Below, piece after piece: positions 33,164 to 45,545 of a DNA stretch of 64,000 bases. The stretch comes from the human T2T-CHM13v2.0 reference genome, Homo sapiens. Made by a program: the position numbers and the translations under genes. The notes beneath the pieces were generated by a model. That model did no database searches, had not been told where the DNA came from, and saw only the letters and a program-made list of their open reading frames with translations. Location of the stretch: the NCBI RefSeq assembly GCF_009914755.1, contig NC_060931.1. One strand, given 5' to 3'. The number at the start of each line of letters is the position of its first letter. The first letter of the stretch is position 1.

Positions 33164-33483
33164 GTGCGGCCAGGCCCTCTTCCCTGCCCGCCCCACGTGG
33201 GAAAGCATCACCCTCCTTGGGCCAATTTTTGCTCTCAGCACCTAGTACATGAGGCCTGATGGGCAGGGTGTGGCCCAGGGCCACTGGAGGTCACAGGCAG
33301 TGGCTGGAGTTCCCCTAATGGGAGCCTTTCTCAAGAACTGACACCAGTCCCCATGACCCAGACGCTCTGAATGCCCTCTGGGGTGCCAGGCTGCTGGCCT
33401 CAGCTCCCCCTCAAGGGCCCCTGGCGCCCCACTCCCAGGCCCCGGGTCCCTGTGCCCTGGCGCACTCCCAGGTTTGCCTGCAG

Positions 33484-33579
33484 GTGGCTGGGCTACCTGG
33501 GCCTGCTGCTGCTGGACGTCATCATCTGCCTCCTGGTGCTGGTTGGCCTCATCCGCAGCTCCAAGGGCATCCTGGTGGG
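33484..33579 (+). CDS. TTYH3: TTYH3 exon 5 (96 nt; TM3)
   Basis: tgcag|G...GG|gtgagt. Encodes WLGYLGLLLLDVIICLLVLVGLIRSSKGILVG. Confidence 0.96.
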
Positions 33580-34389
33580 GTGAGTCTGGGGGTGTCGGCC
33601 CCCCGTGGGCCCAAAGCGGAGGGGCAGGGCAAGGCACCATGTTACCCCTTCCCCCACCTCATCTGCAGATCCTAGCCACAAGCTCTGCGGTGGGGGCTGA
33701 GCGGGACCCCCCTGCACTGGGCCTGCTCTGAGATGCCCCTTCTGTGCCTGTGGCCTGTGCCCCTGTGGCCAGCATCCCAGCACACTTGCCCCCAGCCCTT
33801 GATTTCCTGCAAGAGTCTGCACGTGGGGCACTTGTAGCCCAGGACCTGAAGCAACCTGCCCAGGTCTCCGAGTGCCTGGGGCCACCCAGAGACCAGGCTG
33901 GGGCTCCTTCCTCCACCCCTTCCATCCTTGGCCCTGGGGCAGCCTGGGTTCCAGCCCCAGCTCCGGCTCACTAGGAGGGTGACCTTGGGCAGGTGGCTTA
34001 TTGTTGCTGGGCCTTGGTCTCCTCGTTTGGAAGGCAGAGAGAGCGGCAGCTCCTCTGTGGGAGGTAAGGTGTTGTCACTGCCCTTCACCACGCAGCTGCA
34101 CAGCCATGGCTGGTGCCTCCCTGGGCCAGGCCTGGGAGAGATGGGAGAACACACAGCCTCCCCCCACGTGGCACTCACAGGCCACAGAGGAGCAGAATGA
34201 GGGAAACGTGGCATGGGCCAGAGGTGATAGCACCCTGGAGAGGAAAAGCCGGGGTGGTGTGAAGGCCTGCAGTAGGGTGGTGGGGGGGGGTGCAGCTTCA
34301 CGCTGTGCCCAAGGAGACCTGAGCGAGGAGGGATTGAGCAGGGGCCCAAGGGAGTAAGGGACGCCTGGACAGACAGGAAGGATGACAGT

Positions 34390-34520
34390 GTGCAGTGGGT
34401 TGTGGGGTCCTCAGTGGGGTGTGCAGGCCTGCAGTGGGGTGTGGGGCCCGCAGTGGGGTGTGGGGCCCGCAGTGGGGTGTGGGGCCCGCAGTGGGGTGTG
34501 GGGCCTGCACTGGGGTGTGT
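34390..34520. repeat. 19-bp G-rich minisatellite CAGTGGGGTGTGGGGCCCG (~6 copies, the central ones perfect)
   Basis: Periodicity directly visible. Confidence 0.9.
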
Positions 34521-35091
34521 TTTGGGGATCTGAACTGGGATATGGGGGACTCGTGGTGGGGGCACCTGCAGTGGGGTATGCACAGGAGGCCTGTGTATCT
34601 GGATCAAAGGGAGCCAGATGTGGGTGAGGTGAGGCCTCAGATGAGGGAGAGGCCAGTGCCGTAGCAAGAGCTCTGAGTCCCCAGTTGCTGAGCGAGGGTT
34701 CAGCACAGGAGGGCTTGATCTAGCTGACGTTATCAGGCCCCTTGGGCTGCTACGTGGGCGGCGGGATGCGGGGACCCACGTGAAAGTGGACACTGTTGCC
34801 TGTTCAGGAGAGGGACCTGGGGGACAGGAGGGGCGGGGCCCCAAGAGCCACGTGGCCCTCCAGTCCTGCTTCCAGCTCAGATCTCTGAGCCCCACCCCAC
34901 CTAGGAGAGGGATCCATCTGGGCCCTGGGCTGTGGGCAGCTCTGGCTGAGGCCAGGCCACAGGAAGAGCCCCAGCCCATGTGTGGGCTGACCCCTGATGT
35001 GCACTGGGACCTGCCTTCTGGCCTGCAGCCCAGCAGGTGGCACGGCCCCCACCCTGGCCTGGGGGCTGCTGACTGGCTGTCTCTGCCCCAG

Positions 35092-35164
35092 GGTCTGCCT
35101 GCTGGGAGTCCTGGCCCTGGTCATCAGCTGGGGCGCGCTGGGCTTGGAGCTGGCTGTGTCCGTG
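35092..35164 (+). CDS. TTYH3: TTYH3 exon 6 (73 nt; TM4)
   Basis: cccag|G...GTG|gtgagt. Encodes VCLLGVLALVISWGALGLELAVSV. Confidence 0.96.
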
Positions 35165-35437
35165 GTGAGTGGCAGAGGGGGTGAGGTCCCCGGCTGCTGG
35201 ACCTGGGCACTGGGGGAGGGACGAGGGGAAGCCACACTCCTCTCCCCTCCCATCTTCCCGGGCACTGGGTCCCGAGAGCGGTGGGGACCCACCATGGGCA
35301 CAGTCCACCTGTAACCCCAGATTCACAGTCCACCCTCCTGAGTTGAAAGCAGACTCCAGGGGACGGGTTCTACCCCCGAGAGCTTCCCTTTAGGCCCAGC
35401 TTGGTCAACCCCTCTTGCTTGCCCACGCCCACCTCAG

Positions 35438-35513
35438 GGCTCCAGCGACTTCTGTGTGGACCCTGACGCCTACGTGACCAAAATGGTGGAGGAGTACTCG
35501 GTGCTGAGTGGGG
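35438..35513 (+). CDS. TTYH3: TTYH3 exon 7 (76 nt)
   Basis: ctcag|GGC...GGGG|gtgagt. Encodes GSSDFCVDPDAYVTKMVEEYSVLSG (tweety SDFCxxP motif). Confidence 0.96.
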
Positions 35514-35711
35514 GTGAGTCTGTGTCCACGGCCGTGTCCCAGCGGGTTCCCCAGGGTTGGGCTGAGCCAAAAGAGTGGGGTAGCTGAGGCCGAGACACCC
35601 CTGCCCTGTGGGTCCATGGTCTCAGGGAGACAGGTCCCAGGCCAAGATGCTAGTGAGCAAACAGGACCACCTTTCCCAAGTGGGAGGCTCTGCAAAGAAT
35701 GACAGGAACTA

Positions 35712-36114
<403 letters not shown>

Positions 36115-37387
36115 GTAGAGCCAGAAGGACGCTGCATCTCTTCTAAGAGCCCCGAGGCAGGAGGCAGACCCGAGGGGAGAATGGAGGGTGGGAGGCCAGT
36201 GGGGCTGAGTCTCTGTGGCAAGCTTCGCTTTATTCCAGGGGGAGGCCATTGGAGGGAGGGAGGCAGGGGAGAGATTTGACCCATGATTGAAGGTCCCTTT
36301 CAAAGCTTCCTCAGGCCTCAAGGGTTACAAGAGTGGGTGAGGAGGATACCTCAAGCAGGAGACAGCAGGGGCTTGAATAAATGGAGCAAAAGGTGGACAG
36401 GGATGGGCTTTGAGGGCGGAGCTGGCAGGACTTCCCGGTCAGTTGGATGTAGGGAGCGAGAGGGACGGAGCAGGAGTTGGCGTCCCTGGTTTCAGCAGCT
36501 CTGTGCTGCGGGACCATAAGCTGTACTGTGGGTGGGGGAGCAGGTCTGGAGGTGGGGGGCAGGGAGCTGGGGCATCGGGAGTTTCGGCCCCCTCGGGAGG
36601 TTTGCGATGTGTGTCGGACGGCACAGAGGCAGGTGGACGTGGGAATCTGGAGATCGGGGTGCCGTCAGTGTGTTAAGCTTCTCAGGCCCCCCTTGTGGAA
36701 TTATTGTGTGTTCCCCAATAGGAAATAGAAGGCCTGTCCCTGTGGGGGTGAGGGTTACTGAATGACCTTGAAGGTGACCATCCTGCCACCCTTTGTCCCT
36801 GGAGGCCACAGGATTGGCTTGTGGGCTGGTTTTTTACCTGCCTTTGTTGAAGGAACCACTTCCACCAAAGCCTGAAGAGCCTCCTGGAGGAAAAGTCATC
36901 TGCCGCCCACTGACCTTGTCCTCGGGGGCGAGGGTGGAGGGGTGGGCCCGCTCTGCTAGGGGCGGGGAGGGCTGGTGACCGCTCAGTGCTACCCACCACT
37001 GTCCTTGGCCCCGGTGCTATCATCCTGGTCCCTCCAGGTCCCTACTGTAGCCGGCGGCCTTTGGGGGGATCTCATCAAGTATGAGCAGCGCACCCTACAC
37101 GTGTACATGTACACACGTAAGTGTGAGCTCCAGCCTGCGGGCCAGACAGCCCCTCCCAGAAGGCAGCAAGGCCAGCCACGCTGGCTTCACTGCACAGGCG
37201 GCCACAGTGATGCCTGGTGCTCTCCTATGTTGTTAAATACTTTCATCATTTTTTGAACTTTTAAAATGTTTTTTTTTAATGTTCTTTTATAATTGGAAGA
37301 ACTGAACTTGTAAAGAGTTCGGAAGGTGGAACCCAGGCAAGGGGCAGTGTGTGGGGACTCTGGCTTGATGGGAGCCCAGACCCCACT

Positions 37388-37665
37388 GCCACACACACAG
37401 ACATAGGCATGTGTGTAAATGCATGCAGACACACATGCGAAGACATGTACACACAGACATGCACACATATAAACACACAGACACATGCACACCGGCACAC
37501 GTGCACACGAAACGTGCACAGAGACACATGCACGTGTAAGTAAACATGCAGACACATGCACATGTGTAAACAGGTGCACACAGACACACATGCACACATG
37601 TAAACATGCACGCAGATGCCCTGAAGATATGCGTGCAGACACAGGCAGACGTGCACGCAGTCTCA
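37388..37665. repeat. CA/CATG-rich low-complexity tract
   Basis: Degenerate CACATG repeats. Confidence 0.9.
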
Positions 37666-37711
37666 CAGGGACAGCTGTTGCAGCTCAGCCTTCCCTGATG
37701 TCTCTCCGCAG

Positions 37712-37767
37712 ACATCCTGCAGTACTACCTGGCCTGCTCGCCCCGCGCCGCCAACCCCTTCCAGCAG
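37712..37767 (+). CDS. TTYH3: TTYH3 exon 8 (56 nt)
   Basis: cgcag|AC...CAG|gtgaga. Encodes DILQYYLACSPRAANPFQQ (tweety YYxxC...NPFQQ). Confidence 0.96.
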
Positions 37768-38442
37768 GTGAGAGCCTGGGAGGCCGGGACTGGGCTTCAG
37801 GAGAGTCTGAAGCACATTGCTGTGTGTGGAGGGGCCCAGCAGGCCTGGCGCCTGGCTCCTCAGCCTGCAGGACTGGGGAACTGGGGGAGGGAGCTGGACA
37901 AAGGCTGTGTGGATGTCACCAACAGCCCCTGGGGTTACCATGCCGGTGACCTGGTGACCTGGCTGAGAGCCTTTCGGGGGGACCTGCTCAATGCACCCGC
38001 ATCGCTGGGACTGCTTTTGCTCCTTGGATTGGCCTTGGTGGGGGAAGGAGGAGCCCCAGGGATGCCTCTGTAGGGTAACCGTGTTCAGGCGTCCTGGTGG
38101 GGGAGTTTGAAGAGGTCGGCCGCACCAGCTGGTCAAGCCCTGTACACACTGCCTGTCATTGTACCGGTAGCATGTGACCCTTTGAATCCTGAGGGCCGTG
38201 TGACTGTGCTTTGCTTGCTGGTGTGGGTGCGTGGTTGGCTGTTACCACCTCAGGGCTCTGTGGTCTCTGGGTGTGTCCCGGGGGAAGCAAGGGCAGGGAG
38301 TGCCCTGTTGGCCTGCAGAGCAGAGCCTTGATGGTCTCCCAGGCTGGACGTCTTGCTGGTGTCCCCGCGTTGGAGGGTCCTGGGGAGGGAGAGGCGGGCG
38401 GACCCAGCAGCGCCCATGGACTTGGTCTCCTCTCTGGAGCAG

Positions 38443-38535
38443 AAGCTGTCGGGCAGCCACAAGGCACTGGTGGAGATGCAGGATGTCGTGGCTGAGCTTC
38501 TGAGGACCGTCCCCTGGGAGCAGCCGGCCACTAAG
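38443..38535 (+). CDS. TTYH3: TTYH3 exon 9 (93 nt)
   Basis: gagcag|AAG...AAG|gtgagg. Encodes KLSGSHKALVEMQDVVAELLRTVPWEQPATK. The start is ambiguous by +/-3 nt (tandem AGs). Confidence 0.92.
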
Positions 38536-39080
38536 GTGAGGGGCTGCGGGGTAGGCACTGGGGCAGGCAGGGCTCCTCTTTTCTCAGCATGAAAGGAATT
38601 TGTGGTGCAAACACAGCTCAGGGCAAATTTGGAGAAGGCACCAGGCTGGCCGAGTGGGGACCTGGTGTTGGAGGTGGCATGGGAGGTGTTCCTCTTCCCT
38701 CCCCCAGCCCTTTCCGCGTTAGGCCTCATTTTTTCCTCCCCTTCCTCCCTCCTTCATTCCTTTCCCTTGGGAATTTTTGGTAGGTTTTAAAAATCATTTC
38801 TTTTGAGATGGGCTCTTGCTATGTTGCCCAGGTGGGTCTCAGGGCTGGGATGACAGACGTGAACCACCACACCCAACGTTTAAAAAATAACTTTATTCTT
38901 TGTTTAAAAATAATACAAGCTCTTTATATTTAAAAAAATTGAAGAAAATGGAAAGAGATGAGGGAAGAGAGTAACAGAATCAGATCCATTCTCTGGGTGA
39001 GTGCCCTGGGGGCATTGTGGAAATTTGAGAGGATTCTTGTTTTTCCCTGTAGTGTTCTGGGCCCGGGCATTTCTACATTA

Positions 39081-39918
<838 letters not shown>

Positions 39919-40109
39919 CTCTCTCTCTTTCTCTCTGTATGTATGTGTATATATATATAACATATATACACACACATAAAAAAAAATTAAAAATAAAAAT
40001 TATACACACACACACACAATTGCTTTGATTTAAAGTTACTTTTTAGAATTTCTGTTACAGCTAGAGCTCCCTCTTGGCGTTTTTGCACTCGAGTGGGTAG
40101 GGAAGTGGA

Positions 40110-40640
40110 TTCGTTTCCTGGGACCCCCATAGCACAGCAGCCCAGATGGGGCAGCCTCCGCAGCAAACGTTTATCATCTCACAGCTCTTGGCAGGGCCGG
40201 CTTCTTCCAAGGCCTCCCTTTTGCTTGTAGACGCTGTCTTCTCCCACTGTCTTCACAGGACCATCCCTCTGTGGGTGTCTGTGTCTTGATCTCCTCTTCT
40301 TTTTTATTTTTATTTATTTATTTTTTTGAGACAGAGTCTCTCTCTGTTGCCCAGGCTGGAGTGCAGTGGCGCAATCTCGGCTCACCGCAACCTCTGCCTT
40401 CTGGGTTCCAGCGATTCTCCTGCTGAGTAGCTGGGATTACAGGCGCCTGCAGCGCACCCAGCTCATTTTCCTCTTCTTATAAGGACACCCGTCCCATGGG
40501 GCTAGGACCCACCCATGTGACCTTGGTTTACCTTCAACACCTCTTTAAAGGCTGTGTCTCCAAGTGCAGCCCCTTTCTGAGGTCCTGGGGGTTCAGACCG
40601 CAACACAGGAATTCTGGAGGCACCATTGAGCCCGTAACAG
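40110..40640 (-). mobile_element. MLT1 LTR interrupted by a 5'-truncated Alu (40302-40468)
   Basis: MLT1-like atctcacagctct...cttataaggacacc...ccattgagcccgtaaca. Alu TSD TCCTCTTCTT at 40292-40301 and 40469-40478. Confidence 0.72.
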
Positions 40641-40674
40641 TAGGCTCTGTTATCCCGAAATCCATTTCTTTTTT

Positions 40675-40971
40675 TTTGGTGTTGTTTTTGAGATAGGGTC
40701 TTACTCTCTTGCCGAGGCTGGAGTGCAGTGGTGTGATCTCAACTCACGGCAAACTTCGCCTCCCGGCTGAAGCGATTCTTCTGCCTCAGCCTCCTGAGTA
40801 GCTGGGACTACAGGCGCGTGCCACCACGCCTGGCTAATTTTTGTATTTTTAGTAGAGACAGGGTTTCACCATGTTGCCCAGGCTGGTCTCCAACTCTTGG
40901 CCTCAAGTGATCCACCCACCTTGGCCTCCCAAAGCGCTGGGATTACAGGGGTGAGCCACCGCTCCCGGCCC
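40675..40971 (-). mobile_element. Alu, antisense, intron 9
   Basis: Reverse dimer. Confidence 0.92.
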
Positions 40972-41616
40972 CAAAATCCATTTCAGGATTGTAGTGGGTC
41001 CTTAGAAAACGTGCCGTAAAAGGCAGCAATGGGCCCAGTCACTGCTCCTGTGGAGTCGCTGTCAGCCTGGCAGTGTTTCTGTGCAGCCGTTTCTCCAGGC
41101 ATGAGACAGAGCTGGTGGTGTCCGTGCACAGGTGCACACGCATGCACACACGTAAGCACCGGTGAGCACACGGACACATTACAGGACTGCGCTCACTCTG
41201 CATGGAGAGTTTTGTCAGTCAGTATGAGACTCTTCCCTTGTCTTTAGCTGTTCCTTGAAATAATACTTTCAAAAGCAGAGCAGGTCCGTGTCAGTAGACA
41301 CGTGGGGGTTCGCTGTTTCTCCCATTACAATAAAGGGAGGTCTGTCTTCACGTAGTGGCGACCACACTGGACAGGCGCTTCTGGGTCCTCATGTCCTTGG
41401 TAGACCCCACGGGTCTGAGGAGGGGCCTGGGGTCACCATTTCTCAAGGCCCAGAGTCCTTGTCCTCAGGACCTGCACTGAGACCCCAGGGTGGGGGGTAT
41501 CTCAGTCGAAGATTATGGGCTGGAGGGAGACCTGGGGGCTTCCCAGATGGGGCGAGGCTGGCTCGAGGTCCCCCGTCCAAATGAAGTGCTGACCATCTGC
41601 GGTGCGTGCCCCCCAG

Positions 41617-41709
41617 GACCCCCTCCTCCGCGTCCAGGAGGTGCTGAATGGCACGGAGGTGAACCTGCAGCACCTCACCGCCCTGGTGGACTGCCGCAGC
41701 CTGCATCTG
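41617..41709 (+). CDS. TTYH3: TTYH3 exon 10 (93 nt)
   Basis: cccag|GAC...CTG|gtgaga. Encodes DPLLRVQEVLNGTEVNLQHLTALVDCRSLHL (sequon N351). Confidence 0.96.
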
Positions 41710-41922
41710 GTGAGAGGCAGGGCCTGGGACAGGGCCATGGCAGCTTGTAGGGTGGGAACAGGGGAGCAGCTGTTCGGGAGGATGGGGACCCTCAGCAGAC
41801 AGTGGGTCCTCAGCCCTGCCTCTGGGGGGCGGTCCAGGCCGCCGTGGCTGGGCTGAAGGTCTCACGCTGCCCCCTCCACCCTCCCTGTCTCTGGATCCTG
41901 CCATCTCATCCCACGGCCTCAG

Positions 41923-42059
41923 GACTACGTGCAAGCGCTGACCGGCTTCTGCTATGACGGCGTGGAGGGCCTCATCTACCTGGCCCTCTTCTCCTTCGTC
42001 ACAGCCCTCATGTTCAGCTCCATCGTCTGCAGCGTCCCGCACACCTGGCAGCAAAAGAG
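41923..42059 (+). CDS. TTYH3: TTYH3 exon 11 (137 nt; TM5)
   Basis: ctcag|GAC...AAGAG|gtgagg. Encodes DYVQALTGFCYDGVEGLIYLALFSFVTALMFSSIVCSVPHTWQQKR. Confidence 0.97.
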
Positions 42060-42805
42060 GTGAGGGGCCCTGGGGGGTCGCAGGAGCTTGCCCCAGGCCA
42101 CATGGCATGCGGGACACTTCAGGGGCATGCCTTTATGGACACCCATGTGCCAGTCCCAGAGGTGAGGGACAGACACCTCCTCACCTCGTGACCCTCCCTA
42201 GGCCTCTCTAGTGTCTCTGAGGCTGCCGGTTCCCAGGTGAGCATCATCATTTCACAGGAGGAAAACAGCCTGGAGGAGCTCCCGGCCTGGGTTGCAGGAG
42301 TCCAGAGCAGACAGTGGGGAGGACTGGGGTCTCTTGCCTCCCCAGACTGGCTCTGTGCCCTATGCCCTGAGAGCTGGCCTCAGACTGTCTACTCTGTACC
42401 GCCTCCCAGGCAGGTGTCCCCCACCATGGGGTGCAGGTGCACGACGCTGTGGGGGAAAGGTTGGTGGTCCACTGTGCAGGCTTAGCTCTGCCAGGGGTAG
42501 TCCAGGTAGCTGTGGCCTCCAGCTAAGTGACCAGGATAGAAGCCAGCTCCCCTGGAGCCACTATGTCCTTACCTTTGAAGTGGGGGTCCTGGTGGCCCCT
42601 GCCTGAGTCTTCCCATTCAGTACTGGTTTGAGTGGTGTATTGGGGTGACAGGCTCCTTCCCTTGCCAGAGCTCCTATGGCTTATCTTTGAGACCTTCACC
42701 TCCTCTCCCACTTGGACTGTGGCTGCTGCTTGGTGGCCCAATATGGATGGCAGGTAGCTCAGCTCAGATTTCTTCCTTTTGTCTGGATTTCTATTATTTT
42801 CCTTT

Positions 42806-43050
42806 GTGATGGTGATGGTGATGCTGCCAACGATGATGGTGATGGTGATGGTGGTAATGATGGTGATGGTGATGGTGGTGATGATGGTGATGGTGGTGGT
42901 GATGGTGATGATGGTGATGATGGTGGTGGTGGTTGTGGTGGTGGTGATGGTGATGGTGATGGTGATGTCATTGTTGATGTTGGTGATGGTGATGGCATTG
43001 GTGATGTCGGTGATGGTGGTGGTGATGGTGTCAGTGGTAACAAAGATGGT
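42806..43050. repeat. Mixed (GAT/GGT)n trinucleotide tract
   Basis: About 80 triplets of GAT/GGT and variants. Confidence 0.95.
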
Positions 43051-43059
43051 AGACATAGG

Positions 43060-43185
43060 GGAGTAGATAAGAGCATAGCCCTGGACCCACAGGGCTAGAT
43101 TCAGATTCTGTCTCTATCCTTGCTTATTGTATGATGTGGGCAAGTCACTTAACCACCCTGGGCCTCAATTTCCCTCATTGTAAGA
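43060..43185 (+). mobile_element. MIR fragment
   Basis: gggcaagtcacttaacc...gggcctcaatttccctcattgtaa is the MIR core. Confidence 0.75.
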
Positions 43186-43810
43186 GGACACAGCTGGAGT
43201 GTCGAGTGGGCACTTGAGCCACTGCACGTGAGGGGCTTGGCTGGTGGCCCCTGCGCAGCCAAAAGCTACCACTGTCCTGTTTCTGAAGTGCTTGCTGCCA
43301 GGCAGCCCACCCTGTGTCCCATGTGGGACCTCCTGGGGCGTGGAGGCTCCAAAGTGCCAGAGGCTCGCGCAGAGTGGAAGACAGAAAGCCAGAGGGCAGC
43401 AGGGCTAGGAAAACTGGCTCAGGCCACCCAAGGGTGCAGTTGGATCCTGCAGAGCCAAGAGGCACCCCAGCCTCCTGTGCCTTCAAGAGGCACCCTGGCC
43501 TCCTGCACTCTCCCAGGAGGGGCCCTGCACTCTTCTTTCAGTAAGCAGCCAGCCAGCCTTGCCATGCACAGGCCGCAGTACAGGGCCTGGCACTCGGGTG
43601 ACCACACAGGTCTCATAGCACCCCACCTCGCAAGGGCAGGGCTGGATGCAGAGCCAGGTGACCTGCCCACAGTCCCACATGGAGTGTGCACACGGCCGAG
43701 CCAGAACTGGAACCAGGAGTGTCTGTCTGCACCAGAACTGACCCCCATGGGTCTGTGGCCAGCTCCTTCCTGCTGGGGCCTGAGCCCGTGCTGCGTGTCC
43801 CTCCTCACAG

Positions 43811-43984
43811 AGGCCCTGATGAGGACGGGGAGGAGGAGGCCGCTCCAGGGCCGCGGCAGGCGCACGACAGCCTCTACCGCGTCCACATGCCCAGCCTGTA
43901 CAGCTGTGGCAGCAGCTACGGCAGTGAGACCAGCATCCCGGCCGCGGCCCACACCGTCAGCAACGCCCCGGTCACTGAGTACAT
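43811..43984 (+). CDS. TTYH3: TTYH3 exon 12 (174 nt; cytoplasmic tail)
   Basis: cacag|A...TACAT|gtgagt. Encodes GPDEDGEEEAAPGPRQAHDSLYRVHMPSLYSCGSSYGSETSIPAAAHTVSNAPVTEYM. Confidence 0.96.
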
Positions 43985-44464
43985 GTGAGTTGACGTGGGC
44001 CTAGTGGGGCCAGCGGACACGTCAGCTGCGGCTGAGAGCGCGGATCTGGGCTGGGGCTAGCTCGAGGCAAGGGGCTGGAGAAGGGGCGGCCTCCGGGCTG
44101 GGCAGCCCTGGCCTTGAGTGCCTCCTGCCCCAGGTGAACACGGTCCAGGGGCCATGGAGAGGCCACATGGTCACATGGAGGTTCCGTGTCCAGGGCACAA
44201 GGACTCTGTGGCCAAGGACCTCAGGGCCCAGCTACATGGTGAACAGGTGGCTCGGAGGGAGTGGACTCTGGCTGGGCCAAGGTGGGCAGGGGTCTCTCTG
44301 TGGGCCCTCTCTGAGCCCTTTGTTACTGTGCTGGGTTCGTGGGACCCCCAGTGAGAATGGATGTGCCCATCTGGGCACAGCGGGCCTACCCATGGGCCCC
44401 CCGACCTGCAGCTGGGACTGCATGGCCAGCAGGCACTCACAGCCTCTCTCCCCTCATGCCTCAG

Positions 44465-44540
44465 GAGCCAGAACGCTAATTTCCAGAACCCCCGCTGTGA
44501 GAACACCCCACTCATTGGGCGCGAGTCCCCGCCGCCCTCA
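44465..44540 (+). CDS. TTYH3: TTYH3 exon 13 (76 nt)
   Basis: ctcag|G...TCA|gtaagt. Encodes SQNANFQNPRCENTPLIGRESPPPS and ends at codon 500, phase 0. Confidence 0.96.
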
Positions 44541-45415
44541 GTAAGTCTTGGGGCAGGAGGGTGGATGGGGGGCTGCTCAGCCTTGGGGGTCCGCTGTTCC
44601 ACTGCGTCGGTGGGCTGGTGTGGCATGTGCAGCCAGTGTGAGCTCTGGGGGCAGCTGTGAGCTGCCACCACCGGGGTCCCAGGTGACCCTTCCCAGCTGG
44701 GACCTCTCTGCAGGACGCCTGACCTGAGTTGACGGGGCTGGGTGGGACTGCCAGCTCCTCCCCGCTGGCCTTGGAGTGTCCTGGGGCCAGAGTGGGCAGC
44801 CTCGGGACCAGCCGCCCAGGGGGTCAGCTCTCAGGCCCTTTCCTGGGGAAGGAGAGTGGGTGGGCGGGCAGATGTGGCCCCACTGTGGCCCTCCCAGCTT
44901 GTAGGCACGGCCCTGCACCAGGCCCTCCCTGGCCTCTTACCTGCCATTCTCTGTGCCTTCTGGACCTGTGGGGTGCCACCGCTCCAGTTCCCAGGGGCCC
45001 CGGCCCTGCCTCCTTTTCTTTTTCTTCCTTGAGTCTTTTCCTGAGTGTCCACACATGGCTGTTTCAGCCCAGGCCTGGTGTCCCCTTTGACTTCCCGCGT
45101 AAGACACAGGCAGGAGGGGACAGGGTGCCGAAGAGAAGGAGTTGGTGGCGAAGCTGGGGGACCGGGGAGGGGGCGGCCGGGCTACCAGGACAGGGCTTGG
45201 GAGGCCGAAGGCTGCCTTGCTCAGAAATCCCCATCCCGGGGCCACTGTCATGGTCCCCTGTAGCACAGAGCTGGGCCTGGGGGGCCTGGGAGGGGCCGGG
45301 CCTGTGAGGTTCAGGCCACACAGGTGCAGGCCCAGTCCCGCTCGGCTGCCCTCGTCCTCGCCATCACACGGCCCACAGCCCACTCCTGGCCCCACACCCT
45401 GGCGTTGAGGCCACA

Positions 45416-45435
45416 CTCTCTCTCTCTCTCTCTCT
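45416..45435. repeat. (CT)10 microsatellite in the polypyrimidine region of the alternative exon
   Basis: Directly visible. Confidence 0.9.
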
Positions 45436-45464
45436 TGCACCCCACCCACCCCGGGCCCTCCTAG

Positions 45465-45545
45465 CGCTATCTGGCTGCCCTGGACTCTGGCAGCCACGCG
45501 GGCTGGCAGTTTAAGCCCATGGACAGTGCCCGAACGCTGTGGTAG
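45465..45545 (+). CDS. TTYH3: TTYH3 alternative exon 13b coding part, RYLAALDSGSHAGWQFKPMDSARTLW* (exon 45465-45565; 526-aa isoform)
   Basis: Acceptor ccctcctag|, in frame with exon 13, TAG at 45543-45545, donor CAG|gtactg at 45566. Confidence 0.72.
   Translation, partial: RYLAALDSGSHAGWQFKPMDSARTLW

Larger units (their letters stand above)
32330..33200. promoter_or_regulatory. Intragenic CpG-rich island over exons 2-4
   Basis: High CpG density including the introns, with GGGCGG boxes in introns 2 and 3. Confidence 0.7.

Noticed and set aside
34390-34520. Regular repeats as a CRISPR-like array
   Set aside because: Head-to-tail units without unique spacers, in a eukaryotic intron.
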